Shown: positions 54,880-64,000 of the stretch, piece after piece
How positions within the stretch are numbered: position 1 is the first letter of the stretch
Layout: each line of letters opens with the position of its first letter
Assembly (NCBI GenBank): GCA_038245785.1
Contig: JBBRSB010000003.1
Coordinates: forward strand, 138,750 to 202,749
DNA from: Gloeobacterales cyanobacterium
Lineage (GTDB): Bacteria; Cyanobacteriota; Cyanobacteriia; Gloeobacterales; PMM-0068
Length of the DNA: 64,000 nt
Direction of reading: 5' to 3'
The notes under the pieces: model-generated
What the model was told of the DNA's origin: nothing
The model's input: only the letters and a program-made list of their open reading frames with translations
Database searches by the model: none
Made by a program: the position numbers and the translations under genes

Positions 54880-56415
54880 CTACCCCTCACGCTCCCGTTC
54901 AGAGGGAGCGGAGTTGGGGGCTCTTCTCAGTTGCCGTTTCAAGATCTTGCCCGTCGCAGATTTGGGCAATTCATCCAGGAAAGTTACATATTTAGGAACT
55001 TTAATCGCCGTCAAAAACTTACGAGCATAGGCAATCACTTCCGCTTCGGTAGTAATCATGCCTTCCTTCAAGCTGACATAGGCATGAACCACTTCCCCTT
55101 TACTGGGGTCTGGATCTCCGACTACGGCTACTTCTCTAAGCGGTTCTAACCCCATCAAAACATCTTCCACTTCGCGAGAATATACATTCTCACCGCCGAC
55201 AATAATCATGTCTTTCAAGCGGTCCACAATGTAGAAATAACCATCTTCATCCTGATAGCCTAAATCACCCGTCCGCAGCCAGTGGTCTACAAAAGCCTCT
55301 GTGGTCGCTTCTGGGCGATTCCAATAGCCCTTAAACACATGGGGGCCTCGGACTACCAATTCGCCGACTTCTCCTGGGGCCAAGAACTCACCGCCCACCA
55401 AGTCACGCACTGCCAATTCCCCGCCCGGAAAGACAGTCCCAATAGAGCCGAGTTTGGGAGCTAATTGAAACGGATTTACCGCCGCATAGGGAGAACATTC
55501 GGTAAGGCCGTAGCCTTGGCGAACAATGTCTCCAAAACGCTGGCTAAAAGCTGTTTCCAACTGAGGTGTCAGAGGACCCCCTCCGCTAAGAATGCAGCGC
55601 AGAGCGGGGGATAGCTTGAATTCTTCAGGAAACCGTAGGAATAGGCCTAACAGGCTGGGCACGGCGACCATGACACTTAATCGGGGATCGCTAAGATGCT
55701 CCATGATCTTCTTGGGCGCATAGCGATACTCAAAGTTCACTGCCCCGCCAACAAGCGGGACAATGACAAGGGCAGCAGTGAAAGCAAAGGCATGGAATAC
55801 AGGCAGAATGCAGAATAATCGGTCTTCTGGGGAAACCTGGAGGGCGATCACTCCACCCTTGGCATTTGCCCAGAGGTTACCATGACTGAGCATGGCTCCC
55901 TTAGGATTGCCTGTGGTCCCTGAGGTATAGAAGATTTGCGCCGTATCTTCCAAGCTGCGCTCTAAGATCGGATGTTGACCGGGGGTGCCAACCAATTGGG
56001 CAAAATTCAGGTCATGCGATGAGCTGCTGGTACCGATCACGATCACTGCCAATTGCTTCAATTCTGGTCTGAGCGGCTCCAGCACAGGCAAGAGGGCATC
56101 AGGGATAATAATTGCTTTGGAATGGGAGTCTTGCAGGATATAGAGAAGCTCACGGCCCGTTAGCTGGGGATTGACGAGTACGGGTTCCACTCCCATACGC
56201 CAAAGCCCATACATAACCAAGGCATATTCAGGAATATTGGGCAACATGACCGCGATACGATGCCCCGGCAGATAGCCAAGGGCCTGTAGGGACGCTGCCA
56301 AATTTTCACTCAGTTGGGCCACTTGCGCATAGGAAAAAGCGCGACCATCCCCCTCAAAGGCAATCTTGTCGGGGTTGTGGGAAAGGCCGTGCTGGAGAAC
56401 GTGAGCAAGATTCAT
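54880..56415 (-). CDS. AMP-dependent acyl-CoA synthetase/ligase (long-chain-fatty-acid type)
   Basis: 511 aa with the AMP-binding motif YTSGTTGNPKGAMLSH, plus GYGLTE, TGDLG and GKILKR. Confidence 0.88.
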   Translation of the reverse strand: MNLAHVLQHGLSHNPDKIAFEGDGRAFSYAQVAQLSENLAASLQALGYLPGHRIAVMLPNIPEYALVMYGLWRMGVEPVLVNPQLTGRELLYILQDSHSKAIIIPDALLPVLEPLRPELKQLAVIVIGTSSSSHDLNFAQLVGTPGQHPILERSLEDTAQIFYTSGTTGNPKGAMLSHGNLWANAKGGVIALQVSPEDRLFCILPVFHAFAFTAALVIVPLVGGAVNFEYRYAPKKIMEHLSDPRLSVMVAVPSLLGLFLRFPEEFKLSPALRCILSGGGPLTPQLETAFSQRFGDIVRQGYGLTECSPYAAVNPFQLAPKLGSIGTVFPGGELAVRDLVGGEFLAPGEVGELVVRGPHVFKGYWNRPEATTEAFVDHWLRTGDLGYQDEDGYFYIVDRLKDMIIVGGENVYSREVEDVLMGLEPLREVAVVGDPDPSKGEVVHAYVSLKEGMITTEAEVIAYARKFLTAIKVPKYVTFLDELPKSATGKILKRQLRRAPNSAPSEREREG

Positions 56416-56567
56416 GGATGGATAGACTCCTTAGCTGTGCATCCTAATAGATTCACTCTACTAACATGCACCAAGTGCTGGCATTAGGGTGAGGTACAGT
56501 TTTTGAACTGTCTACTCAAACAGGCTATGAGCTAAACCCCAGGAGCCTATCCCAACTGTTTCCTGCC

Positions 56568-57083
56568 TTATACCTTGTACTGAGCAATAGACTTGGCAAT
56601 CAGGGCATAGGTTTCCTCTAAGCCTTTCCAACCATTGATTTCTACTTCTTTTTTCTCCAGACGCTTATAGGTTAGGAAAAATTCAGAAATTTCATCCAAA
56701 CGATGCTGAGCAATATCACTCAAGGATTTTACGTGAGCATAGCGGGGATCTTTTACAGGGACGCAAAGAATCTTTTCGTCTTTGTCTCCACCATCGATCA
56801 TCTCTAAGAAGCCAAGGGGACGAGCGGCAATCACACAGCCAGGGAAGGTCGGCTGGTCCATGATTACTAGACCATCAAGGGGGTCACCATCATCCGCTAA
56901 GGTGTTGGGCACAAAACCATAGTCCGCCGGATAGTAGACCGAGGAATACAGCACTCGGTCTAGGGCAAACGTACCCATGTCTTTGTCGAATTCGTATTTA
57001 TTGTGGCTTCCTGTGGGGATCTCCACGAGGATATTTAACAGGTTTTCCTTAGGCTGGGGAGGAATTTTGCTTAGGTCAATCAC
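56568..57083 (-). CDS. ppa: Inorganic pyrophosphatase
   Basis: 171 aa with [23 protein letters not shown] and DKDEKIL. Confidence 0.92.
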   Translation of the reverse strand: MIDLSKIPPQPKENLLNILVEIPTGSHNKYEFDKDMGTFALDRVLYSSVYYPADYGFVPNTLADDGDPLDGLVIMDQPTFPGCVIAARPLGFLEMIDGGDKDEKILCVPVKDPRYAHVKSLSDIAQHRLDEISEFFLTYKRLEKKEVEINGWKGLEETYALIAKSIAQYKV

Positions 57084-57169
57084 GATCGGTTCTCTCTAAG
57101 GGGTCAAGAAAGCAGCTCCGCAAAGGAAGTCGCCGTGATTATTATAGAGATCGATGGACTCCTTCACCG

Positions 57170-57802
57170 ATGACTACTACCCTACGCCCTCAGAATCCTG
57201 ACAAGGTTCTGCTCAAAAATATTAGCTGGCAGACGTATCGCGCCTTGCTGGAAGATGTTGAGCGACAACCAAGCGTTCGCCTAACCTACGATCAGGGACA
57301 GCTAGAAATTATGGTTCCTTTGCGTCCCCATGAGAGCGCCAAAAAGCTGATTGGTCGATTTATTGAAGCCCTTACAGAAGAACTTAATATTGAAATTTGC
57401 AGCTTAGGTTCTCTTACCTGTAGTCGGGAGGATTTAGCACGTGGCTTGGAACCAGACCAGTGTTATTACATTCAGCATGAATCCGCTATCCGAGAACTAG
57501 ACGATATCAATCTAACCCGTGACCCACCACCGGATCTTGCTATTGAAATTGATATTAGCTATAGCTCACTCAATAGATTATCCATCTATGAAGCGCTGGG
57601 AGTTCCAGAAGTCTGGCGATATGATGGCAAACGGCTCATGATCTATCATTTAGAGAATCAGAAATACCAAGTGTGTGATAGCAGCCCAACTTTTCCACAA
57701 ATTTCTGTTAAGGATCTAGTCCGCTTCTTAGAACTGCGTAAGACAATGGGAGAAACGAGTTTGATTCGTTTATTCCGCGAGTGGGTTAGGAATTCTCTTT
57801 AG
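57170..57802 (+). CDS. Uma2-family putative endonuclease
   Basis: 210 aa with ...ISWQTYRALLED...RLTYDQGQLEIMVPLRPHE...PDLAIEIDIS...YEALGVPEVWRYDG. Confidence 0.85.
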   Translation: MTTTLRPQNPDKVLLKNISWQTYRALLEDVERQPSVRLTYDQGQLEIMVPLRPHESAKKLIGRFIEALTEELNIEICSLGSLTCSREDLARGLEPDQCYYIQHESAIRELDDINLTRDPPPDLAIEIDISYSSLNRLSIYEALGVPEVWRYDGKRLMIYHLENQKYQVCDSSPTFPQISVKDLVRFLELRKTMGETSLIRLFREWVRNSL

Positions 57803-57823
57803 GGAAAAAGATCTAACTAATCA

Positions 57824-58783
57824 TCAAATCTTACTCAGAAAAAAGCAGGCCTGGTCACCCCTTCCTTCCTGATTTAAAACTTTTGCTTTCTCATCAAACT
57901 TATTGCGCTCTATCTTAGAAAAGGGAGGAGATTTAAGTTGCTCCACAAAAGGAACACCGCGAACATAACCTTCGCTTATCCAGAATTGATTTCCTGTAGA
58001 GTCATAAATTACTTTAGAAATTTTAAAGCTAGCTTGAGTTGCTAGGATTTCCATACTTTTCTCTGTATGGAGAAAGAAATGGCGCGGGGCATCGAGTTGG
58101 TACCAGTTGACTCCATAGGTTTCCCAGGCATAGCATTGTGCTATCGGTATTCTAATTAGAACCAATCGGTCAGCCGACAAAAGACGATGGATATTTTTCA
58201 AGGTGGGCAAGGGATCATCCATGTGCTCAAAAGAATGATTGAGCATGATGAAATCATAGGTCCCTTCGAGATCTTTTAGACTACGCTTAAGGATAGTGAC
58301 TCCCTGCTCATAATGAATATCTTGGTCAAGAAATGGATCAATGCCTGTCAGATTAGAAAAGCCTAATTCGCGCATTTCTAGTAACAAATCGCCTGTCCCA
58401 CAGCCCACATCTAAAATGGAGCTATCCATGCTTAATTCAGCTAGCTTTAACCACTCAGTCCAAGCAGGAAAATCATATTTATTAGCAAGCAGTTGACCTA
58501 CGAGATTCCCCTGACCTAAGGATTGCTTAGCCATTTGGCGCTCAAGATACTGTTTCCCTTTCATGTATACACTTTTCAACAAACTCTCTTCATTTTTAGC
58601 GCCGTAGGAGTAGTAATGCTGAGGATAGTATTTGGAAATATCAGAGGGTATTTCTTTGATTTGCAGACAATTACACTCAGCACATTGCCCGTATTCGAAC
58701 TCATCTTTAAATCCAAACATCATCTCACGGGCAATAAAAGAAGAGTTGCTTTCTCCATTTCCACAAATTCGGCAACAAAACAT
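57824..58783 (-). CDS. Class I SAM-dependent methyltransferase with N-terminal Cys4 zinc-ribbon
   Basis: 319 aa with CRICGN...CAECNC and the SAM motif ILDVGCGTGDLL, then FIMLNHSFEHMDDP. It resembles small-molecule or lipid methyltransferases rather than DNA methyltransferases. Confidence 0.8.
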   Translation of the reverse strand: MFCCRICGNGESNSSFIAREMMFGFKDEFEYGQCAECNCLQIKEIPSDISKYYPQHYYSYGAKNEESLLKSVYMKGKQYLERQMAKQSLGQGNLVGQLLANKYDFPAWTEWLKLAELSMDSSILDVGCGTGDLLLEMRELGFSNLTGIDPFLDQDIHYEQGVTILKRSLKDLEGTYDFIMLNHSFEHMDDPLPTLKNIHRLLSADRLVLIRIPIAQCYAWETYGVNWYQLDAPRHFFLHTEKSMEILATQASFKISKVIYDSTGNQFWISEGYVRGVPFVEQLKSPPFSKIERNKFDEKAKVLNQEGRGDQACFFLSKI

Positions 58784-58828
58784 TCTTTATGTTCTCCGAT
58801 ACAGTATCTGTGAACTACTCTGATATTT

Positions 58829-59392
58829 ATGTATCATTGCCCCGCCTGCCATAACGATTATCTGTTGGCGCTAAACCCTTGCCCTGGCTGTGGAGAACTC
58901 CAGGTCAAACGGCAGAAAGCCAGCCGGGCCAAAGAACGACGCCAAAGCTATGACCCAATTGGGCGGATTGATGACCAAGAATTTTGGATGACTTTACGCT
59001 GGTATGACCACTGTCCCTGCTGCGGAGCTTCCTGGGGAACCGAAACCATTGCCAAAGACCACATTATTCCGCTCTCGAAGGCAGGTCCAAACTTAGCAGA
59101 AAATCTGCAACCCCTGTGTATCCCGTGCAACCTTTGGAAATCAGACTATCTCATTTATTTTGACCGAGCTTTCCCAGGAAAAGCCTGTGCGCTCCCCCCT
59201 GTCCTCTGGCCCTATCTGGAAGGTTTTACGCAAGTGGCTAAAAGCCCCCTATCTTCACCCCAAGTACCTCTACTTTCCATGGACATCCAGCCCTGCTATC
59301 CAGAGACTATTCCCTCTGCGCTAGAGGAAAAAACCGTATCCCTCACCTTAGAAGCAATCCAAATCCATCCATCACCCGACACTGCCGATTAA
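58829..59392 (+). CDS. HNH endonuclease-domain protein with N-terminal zinc ribbon
   Basis: 187 aa with CPACHN...CPGCG, then CPCCG...DHIIPLSKAGPNLAENLQPLCIPCNLWKSD (HNH/N motif). Its 3' end overlaps the convergent protease gene by 21 nt. Confidence 0.8.
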   Translation: MYHCPACHNDYLLALNPCPGCGELQVKRQKASRAKERRQSYDPIGRIDDQEFWMTLRWYDHCPCCGASWGTETIAKDHIIPLSKAGPNLAENLQPLCIPCNLWKSDYLIYFDRAFPGKACALPPVLWPYLEGFTQVAKSPLSSPQVPLLSMDIQPCYPETIPSALEEKTVSLTLEAIQIHPSPDTAD

Positions 59393-60958
59393 ACCGATTT
59401 GACCAAGCAGGTCCGAAGACGCAGGAAGCAGAATAGCCGCCATCATAAACAGAGCAACGAGCGCTAGATTATCTCTACCCTCATCGGTTTCAGTGATGTC
59501 ATCCAGGCAGGGACGCTCAGGTAGGCGAGCTAGCAGAAAAACAACCGCAGCCCAAAATAGAAACTGGGTGATGAAGATTCCAGCAACCGCTAAAAGGATT
59601 AGGGTCACGGTGCCCACTTTGCGGGCCGTATCTCGACCGTAAACAGCCGTGACCAAACGCCCTCCATCCAACTGTCCACAGGGCAGCAGACTTAAACCCG
59701 TAATCAATAGACCAAGTGTCCCGGCAATAACCAGCGGATGGAGGTGGACTAATTCGCCGGCAGGGATCGTGCCGAGGGTAGCCCGTGCGGTCAAAGCTAA
59801 CAAAACAGAATTGCTAAAAAATTCTCCTCCTACAACCAAAGGCCCTGGCGTTTTGGTCAAGCCCGAGAGCAGCAAACCCGCCAGCAAAATCCCCCAGGAG
59901 ATAATCCCTCCTACGGCGGGCCCTGCCAAAGCAATATCAAAGAGTGCTTTACGGCTGGGAGGCGGTGAAAGCAATCGCGTTAAAGTCGCAAAGATACCAG
60001 GAAGAATGACAAAGCCTCCCACGGGCCCGGCGAAGGCAGGAACGGGAGAAACCAAAGGAATGAGATAGGCCGGACTCAGCTTGACAAGATATTTACCAGC
60101 CTGCCAGCGATGCGCGGCTTCATGGGCCAAGAGAGTCAGCAAGATAATACCGGCAATAGATAGTGCTTCTTGCCAGCGTTGGGGGGTTGTGACCAGGCTA
60201 AAGTCCATACTGTTAGCAGCCATTTCGAGCAAGGCCCCAAAGCCAATGACCAACAGAACAAGAGCAATCCAGGAAGGAGTGGTCGGACGGTCAAAGGGGT
60301 CATTGTCTTTAGCCAGGACTAAGACTACAGGTTTTTCTTCCTGGGCTTGCTGGATAAGATGTACCCGGTAGCGGTTCCCAAAAATCTCCTGGAAAGCCGT
60401 CGCTAACTGTTGGAGGATAGGTGCTGCTTCACCCCGCAAATTACCTTTAAATACGATTCCCTGAGGGTAGGGCTCAACTTCCTGAAGATAGAAGGTGTCC
60501 AGACCAAATAGCCCCCGCATTCTTTCAACATCTTCTCGAGGAACCGCAAATTCCTCTTCCGGCAACGTGATCGTCACAGAGGGAATAGGACCATGCGTGG
60601 CAGACTCGGAGGACTGCTGCTCTAAGGCTTGTTGTTTTTCCAATTCCCTCCTGCGCGCCTCAAAAAGTTCTTGTTGCTGAATTTTCTGAACCCTAGCGGC
60701 GGCTCTCGATTGACTGCCCAACCAGACATAGGAAAAGGTGCTGAGACTGAGGAGTATTAGCAAGGTTACAAAATTAAGTCCAAACCCCACACCCGCTAGA
60801 CCAAAAACAATTAGCCAAGGGAGCACAAGCGCAACAGCTTGCAGCCAGGCGAAAATGCCTAGCTTGCCTGCTTTGCGGGCTTGGAAAAAACTCCAACCCA
60901 AAAGGGCAAGGCTTATCAGTAGAAGAGGGACTACAAGGCTCATGGGTTTTTCTGGCAT
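59372..60958 (-). CDS. Site-2 protease (M50) family membrane metalloprotease
   Basis: 528 aa and polytopic, with HEAAHRW (HExxH) and a later ...LPCGQLDGGR (LDG motif). Confidence 0.85.
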   Translation of the reverse strand: MPEKPMSLVVPLLLISLALLGWSFFQARKAGKLGIFAWLQAVALVLPWLIVFGLAGVGFGLNFVTLLILLSLSTFSYVWLGSQSRAAARVQKIQQQELFEARRRELEKQQALEQQSSESATHGPIPSVTITLPEEEFAVPREDVERMRGLFGLDTFYLQEVEPYPQGIVFKGNLRGEAAPILQQLATAFQEIFGNRYRVHLIQQAQEEKPVVLVLAKDNDPFDRPTTPSWIALVLLVIGFGALLEMAANSMDFSLVTTPQRWQEALSIAGIILLTLLAHEAAHRWQAGKYLVKLSPAYLIPLVSPVPAFAGPVGGFVILPGIFATLTRLLSPPPSRKALFDIALAGPAVGGIISWGILLAGLLLSGLTKTPGPLVVGGEFFSNSVLLALTARATLGTIPAGELVHLHPLVIAGTLGLLITGLSLLPCGQLDGGRLVTAVYGRDTARKVGTVTLILLAVAGIFITQFLFWAAVVFLLARLPERPCLDDITETDEGRDNLALVALFMMAAILLPASSDLLGQIGLIGSVG

Positions 60959-61036
60959 GAATAGCCAGATGGATACGCCTAGATATTCTTTCCAGCATAT
61001 CTCTTCAATTTGTCTTTACTCGTTTTAACAACCGAC

Positions 61037-62122
61037 TTATCGGTCACCAAGACAGATCCCTAAGCCGCGCGCAGTCCTAACCAGTGTCCCTCCAAGCTCC
61101 ACCGCACTATACAGAGCGATAGCTTCAGCGATAGGGACATTCACAACCTGGCGTTTTTGCCAGGTAACAATCTGGTCATATTTATCTTGTGCAATCAAGT
61201 CCACAGCCGCTACTCCAAAGGCCGAAGCCACCAGACGCTCTAAAGGAGAAGGGGTTCCTCCTCGCTGAATATGGCCTAAAACCGTAACCCGAGTTTCTGC
61301 GCCACTACATTCAGCAATTCGGTCGGCTAAGTACTGTCCAATTCCTCCGTAACGCGATTGTCCTGGCTTGTTGCCCAGGGTTACAGAAGCCCCTTCTTCT
61401 GTCCGAACAGCTTCTGACACAATCACCAAGGAAAAGTTTTTATCTCGTTTTTGCCGTTCTGCGATTTTGGCGCAGATATGGGCGATGGAATATGGGATTT
61501 CAGGAATCAGGATCACATCGGCTCCGCCAGCAATGCCCGCACAGATAGCGATATGCCCGGCGTCTCGCCCCATCACCTCCAAGATCATGACGCGTGAATG
61601 ACTGGCCGCCGTGAAATGCAAGCGGTCCAGGGCTTCCGTAGCAATGTTGACCGCCGTATCAAACCCAACGGAACGCTCGGTAATGCCCACATCGTTATCA
61701 ATCGTTTTGGGGATGGCTACCAGATTCAATCCACCTTGCTGGGCCAGTTTGCGCAGAATTGCCAAACTTCCATCTCCACCAATGCCAATCACCGCTTCCA
61801 ATCCAAGCTCGTTATAGCCCGCAATGATCTCTTCAGAACGGTCTAGGAGGCTGCCATCAGGCATCGGAAAGGCGAAAGGATCGCCTTGGTTGGTGGTTCC
61901 CAACATGGTGCCGCCAGCCGTCAACAGGTGAGAGACTTTATCCAAATCTAGAGAAACTGCTTGGGGAGGAGAGGCCATCAGTCCTTGGGTAGCCCGGCTG
62001 ATGCCCAAAACTTCCCACCCATAGGTGCCTGTAGCATGATGAACGACAGCACGGATAACAGCGTTTAATCCGGCACAGTCGCCGCCACTGGTCAAAATAC
62101 CAATACGTTTTCGGGCTTTCAT
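61037..62122 (-). CDS. pfkA: ATP-dependent 6-phosphofructokinase
   Basis: 361 aa with IGILTSGGDCAGLNAVIR, IGGDGS, PKTIDND and MGRDAGHIA. Confidence 0.92.
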   Translation of the reverse strand: MKARKRIGILTSGGDCAGLNAVIRAVVHHATGTYGWEVLGISRATQGLMASPPQAVSLDLDKVSHLLTAGGTMLGTTNQGDPFAFPMPDGSLLDRSEEIIAGYNELGLEAVIGIGGDGSLAILRKLAQQGGLNLVAIPKTIDNDVGITERSVGFDTAVNIATEALDRLHFTAASHSRVMILEVMGRDAGHIAICAGIAGGADVILIPEIPYSIAHICAKIAERQKRDKNFSLVIVSEAVRTEEGASVTLGNKPGQSRYGGIGQYLADRIAECSGAETRVTVLGHIQRGGTPSPLERLVASAFGVAAVDLIAQDKYDQIVTWQKRQVVNVPIAEAIALYSAVELGGTLVRTARGLGICLGDR

Positions 62123-62252
62123 AGGCTCTCAATCATCGCAGTTAGCGCTAAGCTTGCAGCAAATTTAATTTTTCTTATTTAGAATCGACGAATTTTGGTT
62201 AGAGGCATTTAGACTTCCAGGCAGCGACGGGGCTAGGCCAGAGCGTCCATGG

Positions 62253-62876
62253 CTATTCCCACAGAGGAGCAAGATTCAAGGTAAATCCTGGAAGAATTTC
62301 TTCCCCTGACACGTTAGCGGGAGATTGGAGCACCTGCACATCTCGGCCTAGGTGATATATCTCAACCCGTTGGTTTTGAGGGTCTATCAGCCAGCCCAAC
62401 CGCACTCCATTATCGATATACTCACGCATCTTTGCTTGCAGCGATATTAAAAGATCGCTCTGGAAACGTAGTTCCACTACAAAGTCAGGCGCTAAGGGCA
62501 AGAATTTTGCAGGGTCTGCATCCAAGGATTCCAATCACTCCCGCATCACCCAGGAAGCATCAGGAGAACGGTTTACGCCATTAGGAAGCTTAAAACCCGT
62601 AGAAGAGTCAAAAACAATGCCTAAGCCTGCTTGCCGATTCCAAAAAATCAGTTCAGCCGTTAGTTCTGCATTTCTCTTTCCCGTTCCCCATCCTGTGGGT
62701 GCCATGATCATCAGCTCTCCGGTCTGCGACCGCTCAAACCGCCAATCACGGTTTGCCTGACAGAGCTCAAAGAACTGTTCATCTGTGAGCCCAATGGATT
62801 TTACATCAAGGGTAATAGGACCCATACCATTTATGTCTTGGGGCATCTGAGATGGTTGTGCGGAGCGAGAAAGCAC
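62253..62876 (-). pseudogene. Uma2-family gene interrupted by a single in-frame TGA
   Basis: ORFs 62535..62876 and 62253..62534 are contiguous and in the same frame. TGA at 62535-62537 splits ...SPDASWVMRE*LESLDADPAKFLPLAPDFVVELRFQSD..., a continuous Uma2 sequence. Confidence 0.75.
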
Positions 62877-62945
62877 GCCGTAAGCTCAAGATGGATTTGA
62901 TAGTTCTATCGTCTATCGGTCAGCTAAGGGTGTCAATAATTTCTC

Positions 62946-63017
62946 AGCCCCCGGTCAGATTCGAACTGACGACCTACGGTTTACAAAACCGTTGCTCTAC
63001 CACTGAGCTACAAGGGC
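62946..63017 (-). tRNA. tRNA-Thr (anticodon UGU)
   Basis: Hand-folded cloverleaf on the minus strand: GCCCTTG TA GCTC AGTGGTA GAGC A ACGGT TTTGTAA ACCGT AGGTC GTCAG TTCGAAT CTGAC CGGGGGC T. All stems pair, with two G-U pairs in the acceptor stem. The anticodon loop is TT-TGT-AA. CCA is not encoded. Confidence 0.85.
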
Positions 63018-63168
63018 ATATACCAGCAATCTATTTTACCCATACCCCTGGAAATTTTGCAGAGGGCTATCAAAATAGAGCGTGACCAAAACACATGAAT
63101 AGTGTGAGCATGTAGTTTCTAGACCACGTTCCATGGATTTTTCACTAGATTTGCTACGCTGGTATCTT

Positions 63169-63507
63169 ATGAAACTATTTCCCCTTGTCCTCGTTGGTCT
63201 TCTGGTAGTTGTCATTGGCGCTGGCGTCTTTCTGCTGACGGCTGGCAAAACTATCGGGCAGTTTTTCTTTGGCAAAAGCTATGCCGAAGGAGAGCTGAAA
63301 GAATACGTTGCCTCTGTGCTTAAAGATGAAGTGAGTGGTTCTAGCTGCCAGACCTACGACACAGACGACAATGGCTACGTTTCCTGTGACTACACCACCA
63401 CCAAACAACCAAATAATACCCGCTCCCTTGACTGTGCCACCTGGGGTGTGGGTGGTTTCCTGAATCGTGGCTGTAAAACCCGCCTGCCGAACTTCCAAAG
63501 TAATTAG
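63169..63507 (+). CDS. Hypothetical membrane-anchored, Cys-containing small protein
   Basis: ORF 63133..63507 trimmed to the internal ATG 63169 (MKLFPLVLVGLLVVVIGAGVFLL...). One N-terminal TM helix precedes a polar domain with four Cys. The start is uncertain. Confidence 0.45.
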   Translation: MKLFPLVLVGLLVVVIGAGVFLLTAGKTIGQFFFGKSYAEGELKEYVASVLKDEVSGSSCQTYDTDDNGYVSCDYTTTKQPNNTRSLDCATWGVGGFLNRGCKTRLPNFQSN

Positions 63508-63633
63508 CGATGCACAGTACAAAATTTTGGCCTATGTAAAGCTAATTCAATCAATTACACGTCAGGCAAAATGCCTGAGCAAAGCCGTGTTAACATTCTC
63601 AAGACAAGCTAAAGCAAAGCGTGGATAGGGGTT

Positions 63634-64000
63634 ATGGCGAATCTAAGAGCAATTCGGGACCGCATCAAAAGTGTAAGCAACACGCAGAAGATTACAAAAG
63701 CGATGCGTCTAGTGGCCGCAGCCAAAGTGCGGCGCGCCCAGGAACAAGTCCTTGCCACCCGACCTTTTGCCGATAAACTGGCGGCTGTTCTCTATCGTCT
63801 CCAGTCCCGCTTGCAGTTTGAAGATGTAGATCTACCGCTGTTGGCTACCCGCGAAGTAAAAACCGTGGCGCTACTGGTTTTTAGTGCAGACAGGGGATTG
63901 TGTGGAGGCTACAACAGCAACATCCTCCGTCAGGCAGTCAGTAGAATTCGCGAATTGAAGGAAGAAGGACTGGCTTTCAAAATCTATCCAGTGGGCAATA
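63634..64000 (+). CDS. atpG: ATP synthase gamma subunit (5' part; continues beyond the right edge)
   Basis: ATG 63634 opens [46 protein letters not shown]...[10 protein letters not shown], the canonical F1-gamma N-terminus. Confidence 0.92.
   Translation, partial: MANLRAIRDRIKSVSNTQKITKAMRLVAAAKVRRAQEQVLATRPFADKLAAVLYRLQSRLQFEDVDLPLLATREVKTVALLVFSADRGLCGGYNSNILRQAVSRIRELKEEGLAFKIYPVGN

Noticed and set aside
32415-62537. Possibility that in-frame TGA codons (32415-32417 and 62535-62537) reflect TGA-to-Trp recoding or selenocysteine.
   Set aside because: TGA is used as the ordinary stop of well-supported genes in the same window, for example trpE(G), eboD and vapB. No SECIS-like hairpin is evident, and a third interrupted gene uses TAA. 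Ordinary nonsense mutations explain the pattern.
1-64000. Search for CRISPR arrays, rRNA genes, transposases, integrases or phage genes.
   Set aside because: I noticed no regularly spaced direct repeats of 25-40 bp, no rRNA signatures and no DDE/tyrosine-recombinase-like ORFs in any frame. For this reason the accessory patch is not called a mobile element.

Overview
The window is a cyanobacterial chromosome segment, judged from psaC, petN, an atpG start, many Uma2 genes and scytonemin genes. Positions ~3.2-30.7 kb form one contiguous sunscreen-pigment supercluster. scyA-scyB-scyC, a fused scyE/scyF-like gene and a GT4 glycosyltransferase read leftwards. trpE(G)-trpC-trpA-trpB-DAHP synthase-tyrA read rightwards from a ~670 bp AT-rich divergent control region. 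A PAS histidine kinase and a receiver-AraC regulator follow, then a complete eboA-F cluster. The cluster carries several unusual marks:
- One 718-aa ORF replaces separate scyD/E/F genes.
- An ~810 bp diverged tandem duplication across the eboD/eboE junction creates a chimeric eboE'-eboD' ORF.
- The associated response regulator has Asn at the expected phospho-acceptor Asp.
- A chorismate synthase remnant and a catalase remnant are embedded in it.

Left of the cluster lie a small membrane protein, tatA, a DUF2993 gene and a DICT / degenerate HD-GYP / pentapeptide-repeat signalling gene that runs off the window edge. Positions 30.7-36.4 kb are an accessory patch holding DUF2283, Uma2 genes, a TGA-interrupted TPR gene, vapBC with a TAA-interrupted toxin, an HTH protein and an RHH protein. 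The remainder is mostly housekeeping: pheT, gyrA, ssb, rpsF, dapF, an ABC-2 exporter, psaC, petN, pilT-like, ruvC, add-like, an acyl-CoA synthetase, ppa, an S2P protease, pfkA, tRNA-Thr and atpG. It is punctuated by more Uma2 genes, a MITE-like element with 28-bp perfect inverted termini, a small palindromic repeat family and a divergent methyltransferase/HNH pair.

I found no CRISPR array, rRNA, transposase or integrase. All functional calls rest on my reading of the translated ORFs, their motifs and synteny; no database search was possible.
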